Assembly: GCA_047284725.1 (NCBI GenBank)
Contig: JBJBEO010000001.1
Location: 608,001-672,000 of the forward strand
Source: Synechococcus sp.
Lineage (GTDB): Bacteria; Cyanobacteriota; Cyanobacteriia; PCC-6307; Cyanobiaceae
Direction of reading: 5' to 3'
Length of the DNA stretch: 64,000 nucleotides
Under the pieces are notes generated by a model that was given only the letters and a program-made list of their open reading frames with translations, made no database searches and had not been told where the DNA came from. The translations under genes were made by a program, and so were the position numbers. The first letter of the stretch is position 1; each line of letters opens with the position of its first letter. Of the stretch, positions 1 to 10,844 are shown piece after piece.

Positions 1-1
1 T

Positions 2-79
2 TTGGAGCAGGCGGGGTTGCGTTCGGCTTTGATCGAGGCTGTGGTGGCTGCAGCCGAACATGGCCGACGCTTGCGCTGA
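2..79 (+). CDS. proC: pyrroline-5-carboxylate reductase, C-terminal end (partial)
   Basis: Frame 2 reads LEQAGLRSALIEAVVAAAEHGRRLR*, which matches the ProC C-terminal helix pattern (LExxGxRxxLIEAVxAA). Confidence 0.75.
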   Translation: MEQAGLRSALIEAVVAAAEHGRRLR

Positions 80-150
80 GACAGAGGGGTTGCGGGTCAC
101 ACCCTTCGCTTCGGCGTTGCAGCCAGTCACTGAAGCTGTCTTGGGGCTGA

Positions 151-1347
151 TCAGGCTGCCATGGGAGTGGCCAGCAACTGGTTGTACAACCCTTCAAGGG
201 CATCGATGTTGCTGCTGAGGGTGTATCGCTCCAGTACCCGTTGTCTGGCTCGTTGTCCCAGCTCATGGGTGAGAACCGGCTGATCCCGTAGGACGGGCAA
301 CAAGGTGCGCAGTTGTGTGGTGACCCCCTGGGTGCTGAGAACGATGCCCGCTCCATCGGCCAGGACTTCCCCATCAGCACCGGCATCGGTGGCCAGGCAG
401 GCGCAGCCACTGGCCATCGCTTCCAGCAGGGCAATCGAGAGACCTTCCACCAGGCTGGGCAAGACAAACACCTCCGCTTCCTGCATCAGGGCCACCCTGC
501 TGGCGAGATCCGATTCGTAACCCCACCAGAGCACGCTGTCGCTGCTGTGGGCGTTCTGCAAGGTCGTGCGAAGAGGACCATCTCCCACGATCACCAGCTT
601 GCAGCCCTTGGGATTGACCAGCTTCCACCCCTTGAGGAGGGCTTCCACGTTCTTTTCGGTGGACACACGACCCATGTAGAGGAAGATCCTGTCTGAGCCG
701 AGCCGGTCGCGCAGCATGCGGCGGGAGTTGGCATTGGATGTGCCAGGCACCGGGGTGCAGGGGGGCCACCATTGCTGCGGATCCACACCGTTGGGGATCA
801 CGGCCAGTCGGTCGTCCGGAACCCCCAGCCGGGCCAGCACATCGGCTTGAAGCTCGGAAAACACGACCACTCGGTCGTAGCGCGCCAAAGCGGGCGCATA
901 GAGCTGATAGGTGAGTTGTTGGGTGCCTGCTGTGAGATTACGAAGGCTGGCATCAAACGCCGGATGGAAGGTGGCCACCAGGGGAACACCCAGTTGCTGG
1001 CACAACTCCGGCAGGCGGAAATCCAGCGGAGAGAGGGTGAGGCTGGCGTGCACCAGATCGGGTTGAAGGCGTTCCAGCGACTCCCGCAGTTCCCGCTGGG
1101 CCCGGGGCGAGGGAATGGTGTAAACCTGAGACTTCACCAGGTAAGGAAGGCTCACATCGGGGTCATTGGCAAGCAGCGAGGTGGTGCTGCTGCCGGGGGA
1201 TCCAGGGTTGTCAAAATGAATGAAGCTGGTCTGGTGACCGCGAGCGCGAAGGGCCTCCGTGGTGCTCAGCCCGTAGGTGACGTTGCCGCAGAACGGTGAC
1301 TTCTTTCCCAGCCAGGCGATGTGGGCCAACCGCTCTGCCTTTTCCAC
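151..1347 (-). CDS. glycosyltransferase family 4 (GT-B)
   Basis: IPNGVD, YMGRVSTEKN and FVLPSLVEGLSIALLEAMASG motifs; the start may be a few codons downstream. Confidence 0.9.
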   Translation of the reverse strand: MEKAERLAHIAWLGKKSPFCGNVTYGLSTTEALRARGHQTSFIHFDNPGSPGSSTTSLLANDPDVSLPYLVKSQVYTIPSPRAQRELRESLERLQPDLVHASLTLSPLDFRLPELCQQLGVPLVATFHPAFDASLRNLTAGTQQLTYQLYAPALARYDRVVVFSELQADVLARLGVPDDRLAVIPNGVDPQQWWPPCTPVPGTSNANSRRMLRDRLGSDRIFLYMGRVSTEKNVEALLKGWKLVNPKGCKLVIVGDGPLRTTLQNAHSSDSVLWWGYESDLASRVALMQEAEVFVLPSLVEGLSIALLEAMASGCACLATDAGADGEVLADGAGIVLSTQGVTTQLRTLLPVLRDQPVLTHELGQRARQRVLERYTLSSNIDALEGLYNQLLATPMAA

Positions 1348-1362
1348 TTCACAGCCAGCAAA

Positions 1363-2784
1363 TTAGCAGCGCTGCCAGGGACGTTCGAGCAACGCTGCGA
1401 TCAGAGCCAGCAGAGCCAGCAGCCAGAGCACGGGGCTGAGTCCCACGCTGCTCACCAATGTGCCTGCCAGCACCAGGGGCAGACTGAGGGCGATGTTGAT
1501 CAGGTTGTTCTGCAGGCCGAAGACCCGCCCACGCTGGGATTCAGGGGTTTCTTCCTGAATGGTTGTCTGGGCTGGAATGGCCACCAGTGCGGCGCCCACG
1601 CCGAGGATTCCGCAGAGGGAGAGGGTGCTGCTGAGGGATCCCTTGAACTGGCTCAGCAACACCAGCGAGAAGGTGATGGTGCCCAGGCCGGCTGCCGTGA
1701 GACGCCGGCGGTTGAAGTGGTGCCCCAGTTGAGCAATCAACACCGCTCCCACCGCCATGCCGAGACCGCTCATGGCCAGCAAGGTGCCGAAACCGGACGG
1801 TCCGAGGCCTTGGATCAAGCCCGCCAGCTGCAGGGCCAGCACGTACAGCGCCGCCAGCAAGCTGTACAGCAGCACCAGGTGCACCATGGCATTGCGCACG
1901 GTGGGAATGCGTTTGAGCACCTGAATTCCTTCGCCAATTTCATGCCAGACGGAGACCCCCGCTTGCTGGATGGCCTTCTCGCGGTGGCGGATCGCCAGCA
2001 AGCTCAAAGCGGCCATGCCGTAGCAGAACGGCAGCAGGGTGAACTCGCCTCCGTCAATGCCTAGGGCTGCGAAGAGATGGCTGAGGCCCCGCAGAATCGG
2101 CTCCCCCAGGGCGAATCCCACGATCGTGGCGCCCATACTTGTCGTCTGATACAGCGAATTGGCAGCCAGCAGCTTTTCGTTCGGTACCAGCAGCGTGATT
2201 GCGGCCTGCTCTGCAGGGGCAAAGAACTGGGTGAGGATCGACTCGATGAAGGTCATCAACACCAGACCCCAGTAGCCCCAGGGAAGTCCCAGCAGCAGCG
2301 GCCCTGGGATCAGAAACAGCGGTGTGAACAGCACCATCAGGGCTCGAAGGCCGTTCGAGGCCACCATCACGCGGCGCTTGGGCCAGCGGTCGACCCAGAC
2401 GCCGGCCACACTGCCCAACACCATGGCCGGGAGGGTGTTGGCCACGAAGATTCCTGTGGCAAGCAGGGTGATCACTTGCGTGCGGGTGCTGATGTCGAAG
2501 CCGATATCAGAGGCGACTTCCGCCAGAAACCCGTTCTGCTGAGCTGTGAGCAGCAGGTGCTGATCGATCAGGAAGACCATCAGCACTATGTAGAACTTGT
2601 CTGCCAGCTGGGAGAAGATCTGGCCGATCCACAGCTTGCGGAAGTCATCCAGGCGCAGCACCGCCTGAAGGCCACGACCACCTTCAGGGTTGTCGGTGGT
2701 GGGGAGCGCCGGCTCCGGGCTGTTGATGGAAGGACCGCTCAAGATGCCAGGGAAGACCCGGTCATGATCGCTCAGCGCTGTCAT
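1363..2784 (-). CDS. MFS transporter
   Basis: About 12 hydrophobic segments, GVWVDRWPKRRVM (MFS motif A) and QEETPESQRGRVFG; start uncertain (2784 or about 2742). Confidence 0.88.
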   Translation of the reverse strand: MTALSDHDRVFPGILSGPSINSPEPALPTTDNPEGGRGLQAVLRLDDFRKLWIGQIFSQLADKFYIVLMVFLIDQHLLLTAQQNGFLAEVASDIGFDISTRTQVITLLATGIFVANTLPAMVLGSVAGVWVDRWPKRRVMVASNGLRALMVLFTPLFLIPGPLLLGLPWGYWGLVLMTFIESILTQFFAPAEQAAITLLVPNEKLLAANSLYQTTSMGATIVGFALGEPILRGLSHLFAALGIDGGEFTLLPFCYGMAALSLLAIRHREKAIQQAGVSVWHEIGEGIQVLKRIPTVRNAMVHLVLLYSLLAALYVLALQLAGLIQGLGPSGFGTLLAMSGLGMAVGAVLIAQLGHHFNRRRLTAAGLGTITFSLVLLSQFKGSLSSTLSLCGILGVGAALVAIPAQTTIQEETPESQRGRVFGLQNNLINIALSLPLVLAGTLVSSVGLSPVLWLLALLALIAALLERPWQRC

Positions 2785-3568
2785 GTGCCGGCAGTTGCAG
2801 CGCTTCCCGCAGCATGCCCAGCGAACGCACCGGTCGGGGCAGATGGCACCGAATCCAGCACTCCACAACGGCCAGCAGCCGTAACCACACCGACACGGGA
2901 CCCATCAGTTCCCCATCGCTGCGGCGGGGCAGCTCCGTTCGAGGCAGACGTTGCAGCAGGGCGAGTTCGGAGGGATTGAGCTGCACGGCTGCACCCGGTT
3001 GACTGCCGATGGCCAGGCCCTCGTCAGCGATCAGGCTGCAGCGCCAGTCCCACTCCCCAATGGGTGGAATCAGGGCAGCGCCGCTGCGACAGCAACTCTG
3101 CAGCGGCAATCCGTAGCCGCCGAGGGCCAGCAGGTGCACGCAGGCCTGCACACCACTGGCCAGGGCGATGGCGGCATCATCAGAAACTCGGCTGATTGCC
3201 TCCAGGCGTTCGAGGTGAATCACCACGGCGTCGAGCATGCCTTCGAGGGGATCCTCCCCCTCCACCAGCGCCATGCAGAGTTCCGCCAGGGCCTGGGCCG
3301 CCGAGAGGGTGTCAAGGCGTTGGCCCACGGCGCAGAAGTTGTGCTCCACCCGCAGCTGTCTGACCCGCGGCAGGCCTCGGCGGCCCACCACCTGAAGCTC
3401 AAGCTGGGTGAGGGGAACGGCCGCTGCCAGGCTGCTGCGGGGCCGGCGGGCTCCCGGAGCGGCCAGGCGAATCACTCCCGCCTCTGCGCTGAGCATGGTG
3501 AGCAAGCGGTCATGTTCTCCCAGGGGACCAGTCTTCAGCACCAGCCCTGTGAGACGACGATCAGCCAT
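2762..3568 (-). CDS. recO: DNA repair protein RecO
   Basis: GLVLKTGPLGEHDRLLTML...APGARRPRS N-terminal OB motif and a CCRSG...C Zn-region; ATG at 3568 overlaps the deoC stop. Confidence 0.88.
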   Translation of the reverse strand: MADRRLTGLVLKTGPLGEHDRLLTMLSAEAGVIRLAAPGARRPRSSLAAAVPLTQLELQVVGRRGLPRVRQLRVEHNFCAVGQRLDTLSAAQALAELCMALVEGEDPLEGMLDAVVIHLERLEAISRVSDDAAIALASGVQACVHLLALGGYGLPLQSCCRSGAALIPPIGEWDWRCSLIADEGLAIGSQPGAAVQLNPSELALLQRLPRTELPRRSDGELMGPVSVWLRLLAVVECWIRCHLPRPVRSLGMLREALQLPAHDSAERS

Positions 3569-4262
3569 CGTCTTTGCGTCGGGGCTGCGGTTGGCGTGAG
3601 GCCTGAACCAGCTCAGGGCCGCTGCTGGTGCCGAGGGCGGAGGCCCCCGCCTCCACCAGCTGTTGGCACTGCTCAAGGGTGTGCACGCCACCGGCCGCCT
3701 TGAGGCCGCAACGGCCGCGACTGAGGCTGCGCAGCTGCTGGATTTGCTCGGCGCTGGCGGCAGGTCCGAATCCGTTGCTGGTTTGCAGCGCGGAGGCGCC
3801 GGCATCGATCGCTGCTTCCACCGCCAGGGCGAGCTGACTGTCGTCGAGTCTCACCATGTCGAGGATCACCGTCACCGGCAGTCCGAGGTCGCAGAGGCAG
3901 GCCAGTTCTTCGGCGTAGGCATCGCTGCATCCGTCCGCCAATGCCGCCAGGTTGGGGACCACGTCGAGGGCTTCGGCCCCATGGGCAGCGGCCCACTCCG
4001 CCTCCGCCAGTTTCAGGGGCGTGGGGATGGCGCCGAAGGGGAAGGCGACCACTGCAATCAGCCGGGTGGCGCCAGGTGCTCCCAAACGCTCACGAGCAGC
4101 AGTGAGATGGGTGAGGGTCGTGCACACTCCACCGAAGCCGAAGTGGCGCGCCGCATCACACCCCTCCTGGAGGCGTTCGCTGCTCAGTAAGGGATCGAGC
4201 AGGGCCTGGTCGATCAGAGGGGCCAGATCCGGCAGCTCTTGCTGCCGGGGCGTGCGGGTCAT
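3561..4262 (-). CDS. deoC: deoxyribose-phosphate aldolase
   Basis: IDQALLDP, VVAFPFG, TSNGFG, KAAGGV and LGTSSG motifs of DeoC. Confidence 0.88.
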   Translation of the reverse strand: MTRTPRQQELPDLAPLIDQALLDPLLSSERLQEGCDAARHFGFGGVCTTLTHLTAARERLGAPGATRLIAVVAFPFGAIPTPLKLAEAEWAAAHGAEALDVVPNLAALADGCSDAYAEELACLCDLGLPVTVILDMVRLDDSQLALAVEAAIDAGASALQTSNGFGPAASAEQIQQLRSLSRGRCGLKAAGGVHTLEQCQQLVEAGASALGTSSGPELVQASRQPQPRRKDDG

Positions 4263-4281
4263 GGCAACGGAAGGTCGGGCG

Positions 4282-4869
4282 TCAGTCTCGCGCCTGGATC
4301 ACGCCATAACCACCGTGGTTACGTCGGTAGATCACCTGCAACTCCTGGTTGGCGGCATCGCGGAAGAGATAAAAGTCGTGGTCGATCAAATCCAGTTGGT
4401 GGCGAGCCTCTTCGACGCTCATCGGGGGCATGGAAAAGTATTTGCGCCGCACGCCGGGATCGGGCAGGTGCGCTTCCTTGCCATCGAGCAGGGATCCATC
4501 CACAGCGCTCTCATCCATCACCGCTTCGGTGGCCGGGGTGGTGCTGGCGCTATGGCCGTGGCTGTGGTGATGGTCGCTGTGGCGTTCCTTGAAGCGACGC
4601 AGCTGGCGGCTCAGCTTGTTCGCCACCAGGTCGATGCTGGCGTAGAGATTTTCGCTGCGCTCCTGGGCACGGATCACGGTGCCATTGGCAAACACGGTCA
4701 CCTCGGCTGTCTGCTGAGGCACCCGGGGGTTGCGGGCCACCGAGAGATGCACATCCGCTTCCACCACCAGGTCGTTGAAGTGTTGGACAGCTCGCTCCAG
4801 TTTCGCTTCTGTGTACTCGCGCAGAGCTGAGGTCACGTCCAGGTTGCGACCATGGATCAGAAGCTTCAT
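4282..4869 (-). CDS. hpf: ribosome hibernation promoting factor (LrtA / long HPF)
   Basis: [13 protein letters not shown]...[22 protein letters not shown] followed by a C-terminal MSVEEA...DHDFYLF domain. Confidence 0.93.
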   Translation of the reverse strand: MKLLIHGRNLDVTSALREYTEAKLERAVQHFNDLVVEADVHLSVARNPRVPQQTAEVTVFANGTVIRAQERSENLYASIDLVANKLSRQLRRFKERHSDHHHSHGHSASTTPATEAVMDESAVDGSLLDGKEAHLPDPGVRRKYFSMPPMSVEEARHQLDLIDHDFYLFRDAANQELQVIYRRNHGGYGVIQARD

Positions 4870-4881
4870 GGCATCCCTCCG

Positions 4882-5625
4882 GTGCCGGTAGATATCTGCA
4901 AGCTAGAGACGTCAAAGCAGGTCGCCCAGCACCATGCGGCAATTCTTTTTGAGCCGCAGCAATTGGTGCCGTTCACCCAGGCCTGGCGCTGGCAGCAGCA
5001 GTGGCAATCGGCGTTGCTGGCATCAGACCAGCCGTCGCCTCCTGAGGCGGTCTGGATCCTTCAGCACCATCGCTGTTACACCCTGGGTCGCGGTGCTTCC
5101 GAGCAGCATTTGTTGTTTGATCCAGCTGCTCCACCGGCGCCACTGCATCGCATTGATCGAGGCGGTGAAGTGACGCACCACATGCCCGGTCAGTTGGTGG
5201 CCTATCCCGTTCTGGATCTGCGGCGACGTCAATGCGACCTGCATTGGTATCTGCGTCAGCTCGAGCAGGTGGTGATCGACGTGTTGGCCAAGCTGGGCCT
5301 TCAAGGTCAGCGGGTGGAGGGCATGACAGGCGTCTGGCTTGACGATCGCAAGGTGGCCGCCATCGGGGTGGGTTGTCGCCGCTGGATCACTCAGCACGGT
5401 TTGGCTCTGAATGTCGATGGTGAACTCGGAGGATTTGCGGCGGTGGTGCCCTGCGGCCTCACCGGCAAGCTTGTGGGGCGTCTTGCTGACTGGTGCCCGG
5501 ACTTGTCTGTGGAGGTCGTGCAGCCGCTGTTACGCGATGCTCTGGCCCGACGTTTTGATCTCCGCTGGCAGTCTCCGGGAGCGCTGGACCATGGGGTTTT
5601 GATTGCCGATCCACCCCAAGGGTGA
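4882..5625 (+). CDS. lipB: lipoyl(octanoyl) transferase
   Basis: [40 protein letters not shown] and VPCGL; start approximate. Confidence 0.93.
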   Translation: MPVDICKLETSKQVAQHHAAILFEPQQLVPFTQAWRWQQQWQSALLASDQPSPPEAVWILQHHRCYTLGRGASEQHLLFDPAAPPAPLHRIDRGGEVTHHMPGQLVAYPVLDLRRRQCDLHWYLRQLEQVVIDVLAKLGLQGQRVEGMTGVWLDDRKVAAIGVGCRRWITQHGLALNVDGELGGFAAVVPCGLTGKLVGRLADWCPDLSVEVVQPLLRDALARRFDLRWQSPGALDHGVLIADPPQG

Positions 5626-5655
5626 TAGCCCTAGGCGATCTTGCTCATCGTTGCT

Positions 5656-7599
5656 GTGTCCACCGACGTCCGCGCCCGCTGGATTCCGACCCCTCGTGAG
5701 CAGGTAGCTCTGGCTGCTCACCAACACGTGGATGGGCTTGGCCGGGTGGATCAGATCTGGCCCTGGTTGGCTCGCCATCATGGCGCCGTGATGGCCGTCG
5801 ATGCTCCCCATGCGGCGCACCCCGAGCGGTTCACCTACGAGGAGCTAGATGCCCGCATCCGTGTCGCAGCAGCAGGTTTGCGGGCTCTGGGGATCCAGTC
5901 CGGTGATGTGGTCGGGTTGTTTGCGGAAAACAGTCCCCGCTGGTTGGTGGCCGATCAGGGCTTGATGCGGGCCGGGGCGACCAGCGCAGTGCGCGGTGCC
6001 GCTGCGCCGACACCTGAACTTCTCTACATCCTGGATGACAGCGCGGCGGTGGCGCTGGTGGTGCAGAACGCCGACTTGTGGCAAAGGCTGGAGCTTTCCC
6101 CAGCGCAAAGGGAGCGCCTGCGCTGTGTGATCCAGCTCGAGGGTGACGCCTCTGAAGGCGTGATCGGATGGGAGGAGTTGCTGAAGCTGGGCTCTGAAGC
6201 GCCGACGCTGGATCCGGTGGCGGGTCGGGATGCAGCGAGCGCTGCTGTCACCACGGCCACGATCCTCTACACCTCAGGGACGACGGGCCAGCCGAAAGGG
6301 GTTCCCCTCACCCACGCCAACCTGTTGCACCAGATGCGCAGCTTGGCCTGCGTGGCCCATCCGGCCCCCGGTTCGCCCGTGCTGAGTGTGCTGCCGATCT
6401 GGCACTCCTATGAGCGCAGTGCTGAGTACTACTTCTTTTCCTGTGCATGCTCGCAGAGTTACACCACGATCAAACACCTCAAGAAGGATCTCCCCAGGGT
6501 GAGGCCAGTGGTGATGGCGACGGTTCCCCGTTTGTGGGAGGCGGTTCAGGCTGGTTTTGAGGATGTGTTGAAAACCTTCCCGGCCTCGCGGCAGCGCTTG
6601 TTGCGCTCTGCCCTTGCCAACAGCAGTGCCTATTGCCTGGCACGTCGTCGCAGTCGCGATCTGATGGTGGAGCCTCTGGGTAAGCGTCAGCGCGCCAAGG
6701 CGGCCCTAGAGGCCAGCCGCCGGTGGCCGGCCCACGCTCTGGCATCGGCATTGATCTGGCCCAAGCTGCGGCAGCAACTCAGTGGCGGCCAGCTTCAGTT
6801 CCCCATCAACGGTGGCGGTGCGATTGCCCCCCACGTGGATGCTTTTTACGAGGCTGTGGGGATTGAGCTGCTGGTGGGATACGGCCTCACGGAGACCAGT
6901 CCGGTGGTGAGTTGCCGCAGACCCTGGCGCAACATCCGCGGCAGCTCCGGGCAGCCCATGCCCCAGACCGAATTTCGGATTGTCGATGCTGAGACCCGGG
7001 CCCCCCTTGGCTTCCGTGAACGGGGAGTGGTGCTGGTCCGTGGGCCCCAGGTGATGGGGGGCTACCTCGGTCGACCCGATGCGACGGCCAAGGTGCTCGA
7101 TGCAGAGGGCTGGTTCGACACCGGCGATCTGGGCATGCTGCTGCCGGATGGCTCAGTGGTGCTTACTGGCCGTGCCAAGGACACCATCGTGCTGAGCAGC
7201 GGCGAGAATATCGAACCAGGCCCGCTGGAGGAGTGTCTTGTGGCCAGCCCTCTCGTGGAGCAGGTGATGTTGGTGGGTCAGGACGAGCGTCAATTAGGGG
7301 CCTTGGTGGTGCCCCGCAGCGAGGCCATCCAGGCTTGGGCGGCGCAGCAGGATGTCGATCTGCCATCGGATCTTGGTGGCTGCCCAGGGGATCAGGCCCT
7401 TCGCAAGCTGCTGCGCGGTGAGTTCAATCGCCTGCTGGCGGCTCGCCCGGGGGCGAGGGGTGATGAACGGCTGGCCGGTGTGGCGTTGGTTGAGCCCTTC
7501 TCGATCGAGAACGGCTTGCTGACCCAGACGCTGAAGCAACGACGTGATCGCATCAGCCGCCGAGATCAGGCGGCCCTCGAGGCTATTTTTCGCCCCTGA
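5656..7599 (+). CDS. aas: long-chain acyl-ACP/acyl-CoA synthetase (AMP-binding)
   Basis: YTSGTTGQPKG AMP-binding loop, GYGLTE, DTGD and GRAKDTIVLSSGENIEP. Confidence 0.85.
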   Translation: MSTDVRARWIPTPREQVALAAHQHVDGLGRVDQIWPWLARHHGAVMAVDAPHAAHPERFTYEELDARIRVAAAGLRALGIQSGDVVGLFAENSPRWLVADQGLMRAGATSAVRGAAAPTPELLYILDDSAAVALVVQNADLWQRLELSPAQRERLRCVIQLEGDASEGVIGWEELLKLGSEAPTLDPVAGRDAASAAVTTATILYTSGTTGQPKGVPLTHANLLHQMRSLACVAHPAPGSPVLSVLPIWHSYERSAEYYFFSCACSQSYTTIKHLKKDLPRVRPVVMATVPRLWEAVQAGFEDVLKTFPASRQRLLRSALANSSAYCLARRRSRDLMVEPLGKRQRAKAALEASRRWPAHALASALIWPKLRQQLSGGQLQFPINGGGAIAPHVDAFYEAVGIELLVGYGLTETSPVVSCRRPWRNIRGSSGQPMPQTEFRIVDAETRAPLGFRERGVVLVRGPQVMGGYLGRPDATAKVLDAEGWFDTGDLGMLLPDGSVVLTGRAKDTIVLSSGENIEPGPLEECLVASPLVEQVMLVGQDERQLGALVVPRSEAIQAWAAQQDVDLPSDLGGCPGDQALRKLLRGEFNRLLAARPGARGDERLAGVALVEPFSIENGLLTQTLKQRRDRISRRDQAALEAIFRP

Positions 7600-7695
7600 T
7601 GTGTCTGCGGGGCTGCGGGATCGGGAACCCGCCTTGCCGGTGGGTTGACCCTCACAGCAGTGGCTGAGACGCTGAAACCTCCTCAATCACCTTCC

Positions 7696-8139
7696 ATGTC
7701 AGACGGCGCCACCTTGTCGATCAAGCGCACGATTGCTGTGCGTGCCGTGGTCACTCCAGCCTGGAAAGAGGAGGCAGAGCGCGAACTCAGCAATGCGATC
7801 GCCACCACCGATCAGCAGCTGGCCCAGCTGGAGCAGGAGGGGCAGCAGGTGGTCGATGAGGTGCGACGTCAAAGCGCCAATCCTCTCGACCCTCGCGTCC
7901 AGGAGCAGGTGGCTCAGGTGCAGCAGCAGGTGGCCGCCAAGCGGGCTGAGCTGGAGGAGCAGAAGCGCAATCTCTTGCAGCAGCAGGTGCAGGTGCGCGA
8001 TGTGGAGATGGAACAGATCGTGGATCAGGGCCAGATCGAGAGCTTCTGCGATCTGAAAGTGGGCGACAACCTTGTCAGCAAGATGCAGGCAGCGGTTGTG
8101 GTTCGCGACGGCGTCGTCGAGTCCATCGAGCAGGGCTGA
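7696..8139 (+). CDS. YlqD family coiled-coil protein
   Basis: LSIKRTIAVRAVVTPAWKEE, a Gln-rich coiled coil and VVRDGVV, typical of cyanobacterial YlqD-like proteins. Confidence 0.75.
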   Translation: MSDGATLSIKRTIAVRAVVTPAWKEEAERELSNAIATTDQQLAQLEQEGQQVVDEVRRQSANPLDPRVQEQVAQVQQQVAAKRAELEEQKRNLLQQQVQVRDVEMEQIVDQGQIESFCDLKVGDNLVSKMQAAVVVRDGVVESIEQG

Positions 8140-8202
8140 TCCTGGACTTGCCCGACCGATAGCCCCGTAAAATCCCCCTACTCAGCCCCTCCGGAGACGG
8201 TT

Positions 8203-9537
8203 TTGGCGACCCACGACATCTTCATGCCTGCCCTCAGCTCCACCATGACGGAGGGGAAGATCGTCGAATGGCTCAAGCAGCCTGGAGACAAGGTGGGGCG
8301 AGGCGAGTCGGTGCTTGTGGTCGAGTCCGACAAAGCCGACATGGATGTTGAGTCGTTCAATGAGGGCTACCTGGCTGCCGTGCTGATGCCAGCTGGCAGC
8401 ACCGCTCCGGTGGGTGAAACCATCGGCCTGATCGTGGAGACCGAGGCGGAAATCGCTGACGCCCAAGCCAAGGCCGGTTCCGGTGGTGGAGGCGCTGCCG
8501 CCGCCGCTCCAGCTACCCCTGCGCCATCAGCGCCTGCGCCTGCGGTCAGTCCAGCAGCGGCGCCTGCTGCACCAGCCCCCGTTGCCCCCCCTGCTCCGGT
8601 TGCGGCTCCTCCCGCTCCGGTGGTGAGCCATGGCCGTGTCGTCGCAAGTCCCCGAGCCAAGAAACTCGCCTCCCAGATGGGCGTCAATCTGGCCAGCGTG
8701 CGGGGCAGTGGACCCAACGGCCGCATTCAGGCAGAGGACGTTGAACGGGCCGCTGGTCGCCCCGTCAGCGTGCCGCGTGTGGGTGAAGGCACTGCAGCTG
8801 CTGTGGTGGCCGGCGCAGCAGCTGCAGCACCCAGTGCTCCTGCCGGCAACAGCTTTGGCGCTCCAGGCGACACCGTTGCCTTCAACACGCTGCAGGCGGC
8901 GGTGAACCGCAACATGGAGGCCAGCCTTGCGGTGCCCTGCTTCCGCGTCGGGTACACCATCACCACCGACAAGCTCGATGCTTTTTACAAGCAGGTGAAG
9001 CCCAAGGGCGTCACCATGACGGCTCTGCTGGCCAAGGCCGTGGCGGTGACTCTGGCCCGCCATCCTCAGGTGAATGCCGCCACCACCCCCGCAGGCATGG
9101 CTTACCCCGCTGATGTGAATGTGGCGGTGGCGGTGGCGATGGAAGACGGAGGTTTGATTACGCCGGTGCTTCGACAAGCGGATCGTACCGATCTCTATGC
9201 AATGTCACGCCAGTGGGCCGATCTGGTGAAGCGTTCGCGCAGCAAGCAGTTGCAGCCTGAGGAATACAGCACCGGCACCTTCACCCTGTCCAACCTGGGC
9301 ATGTTCGGGGTGGATCGCTTTGATGCCATCCTTCCCCCTGGCACCGGTGCGATTCTGGCGGTGGCTGCGTCTCGGCCCACCGTGGTGGCTGGCAAAGACG
9401 GTTCCATCTCTGTGAAGCGTCAGATGCAGGTGAATCTCACCGCCGATCACCGGGTGGTGTATGGCGCTGATGGTGCAGCCTTCTTGAAGGATCTCGCTGA
9501 GCTGATTGAGACCCGCCCCGAAACCCTGGCGATCTGA
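8203..9537 (+). CDS. pdhC: pyruvate dehydrogenase E2, dihydrolipoamide acetyltransferase
   Basis: Lipoyl domain (VESDKADM), Ala/Pro linker, E3-binding ASPRAKK...GSGPNGRI and catalytic DHRVVYG. Confidence 0.95.
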   Translation: MATHDIFMPALSSTMTEGKIVEWLKQPGDKVGRGESVLVVESDKADMDVESFNEGYLAAVLMPAGSTAPVGETIGLIVETEAEIADAQAKAGSGGGGAAAAAPATPAPSAPAPAVSPAAAPAAPAPVAPPAPVAAPPAPVVSHGRVVASPRAKKLASQMGVNLASVRGSGPNGRIQAEDVERAAGRPVSVPRVGEGTAAAVVAGAAAAAPSAPAGNSFGAPGDTVAFNTLQAAVNRNMEASLAVPCFRVGYTITTDKLDAFYKQVKPKGVTMTALLAKAVAVTLARHPQVNAATTPAGMAYPADVNVAVAVAMEDGGLITPVLRQADRTDLYAMSRQWADLVKRSRSKQLQPEEYSTGTFTLSNLGMFGVDRFDAILPPGTGAILAVAASRPTVVAGKDGSISVKRQMQVNLTADHRVVYGADGAAFLKDLAELIETRPETLAI

Positions 9538-9629
9538 TTCACACAACACCGGTGCCATGGCGTGATCGCCTGGTGCCCCCTGGTGTTTGGCGATTCGGCA
9601 GCATGGGAGCAATCACACATCCGGCGTCT

Positions 9630-10745
9630 GTGCCCGACCCCAGGGATCGTCAGCTTTGTTCGTACGACTATGTGCTTCCCGAAGAGCGCATCGCCCAGGT
9701 GCCCGTGGAGCCCCGCCATGCAGCACGTCTGCTGATGGTGCCACCTGTGGAGGCTGCCGTTGAGCAGGCACGGCACCAGCAGGTGTGGGACTGGCAGCAG
9801 GAGCTGCAACCCGGCGATCTGTTGGTGGTGAATGACACCCGGGTGCTGAAGGCTCGCCTGCGGGTTCGCCGTTCAGGAGGTGGCTTGGCGGAAATGCTCG
9901 TGCTGGAGCCCCGGGGAGATGGGAAATGGCTTTGTCTTGGCCGTCCTGCCAAAAAGATGCGTCCCGGGGATCAACTCTGGCTTGAAAGCCTGGAACAGGA
10001 GCCCTTGGAGTTGCAGGTGTTGGCCAGTGATGAGGCCACCGGCGGGCGACTGATCCAGTTTCCGCCTGGATGTGATGACGCGGTGGCGATTGAAGGCCTG
10101 TTGGAGCGCTACGGCGAGGTGCCTTTGCCTCCCTACATCGATCGTCACGATGCCGACGATCAGACCCGCTATCAGACCCGTTACGCCGCGCGTCCCGGTG
10201 CGGTGGCAGCTCCCACCGCAGGCCTGCATCTCAGTGATGCGTTACTGACGGGTCTGCATCAACGAGGCGTGGAGATTGCTCGGGTCACCCTGCATGTGGG
10301 CCTGGGCACGTTCCGGCCCGTGGAAACCGAAGATCTCACAGCCCTCACCCTCCACAGTGAATGGGTGGAGGTGAAGCCGGACGTGGTGGATGCCGTGGCG
10401 GCCTGTCGCAGCCGTGGTGGACGGGTGATTGCTGTGGGCACCACCAGTGTGCGGGCACTGGAGGGAGCGGCTCAGGCTGGCGGTGGTCAGTTACAGCCCC
10501 TCAAGGGGCCGGTGGATCTGGTGATTCAACCCGGCTACTGCTTTGCCGTTGTGCAGGGCCTGCTCACCAATTTTCACCTCCCCAAAAGCTCTCTGCTGTT
10601 GCTGGTGAGTGCGTTGATCGGTCGAGAGAAGCTGCTCGCGCTGTACGCGGCGGCGATTGCGCAGGAGTATCGCTTCTACTCCTACGGCGATGCGATGTGG
10701 ATCGCACCTGAGGCGGTGTTGGAGGCAGCACGGCCACCGATCTGA
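9630..10745 (+). CDS. queA: S-adenosylmethionine:tRNA ribosyltransferase-isomerase
   Basis: [41 protein letters not shown] and [10 protein letters not shown]. Confidence 0.95.
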   Translation: MPDPRDRQLCSYDYVLPEERIAQVPVEPRHAARLLMVPPVEAAVEQARHQQVWDWQQELQPGDLLVVNDTRVLKARLRVRRSGGGLAEMLVLEPRGDGKWLCLGRPAKKMRPGDQLWLESLEQEPLELQVLASDEATGGRLIQFPPGCDDAVAIEGLLERYGEVPLPPYIDRHDADDQTRYQTRYAARPGAVAAPTAGLHLSDALLTGLHQRGVEIARVTLHVGLGTFRPVETEDLTALTLHSEWVEVKPDVVDAVAACRSRGGRVIAVGTTSVRALEGAAQAGGGQLQPLKGPVDLVIQPGYCFAVVQGLLTNFHLPKSSLLLLVSALIGREKLLALYAAAIAQEYRFYSYGDAMWIAPEAVLEAARPPI

Positions 10746-10769
10746 TCCCACAGCTGGTGGCCAGGCAAC

Positions 10770-10796
10770 AAAAAACCCCGCGGCGTGCCACGGGGT
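10770..10796 (-). terminator. rho-independent terminator after cysK
   Basis: Minus strand ACCCCGTGG-CACG-CCGCGGGGT hairpin followed by a T run. Confidence 0.75.
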
Positions 10797-10844
10797 GCGT
10801 GAACGACCGAGAGTCATCTCCTCAGGCCGATGGATTCAGGGGGA

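Noticed and set aside
8470..8620. Repetitive GC-rich Ala/Pro-coding tract
   Set aside because: This is the normal flexible linker of pyruvate dehydrogenase E2.
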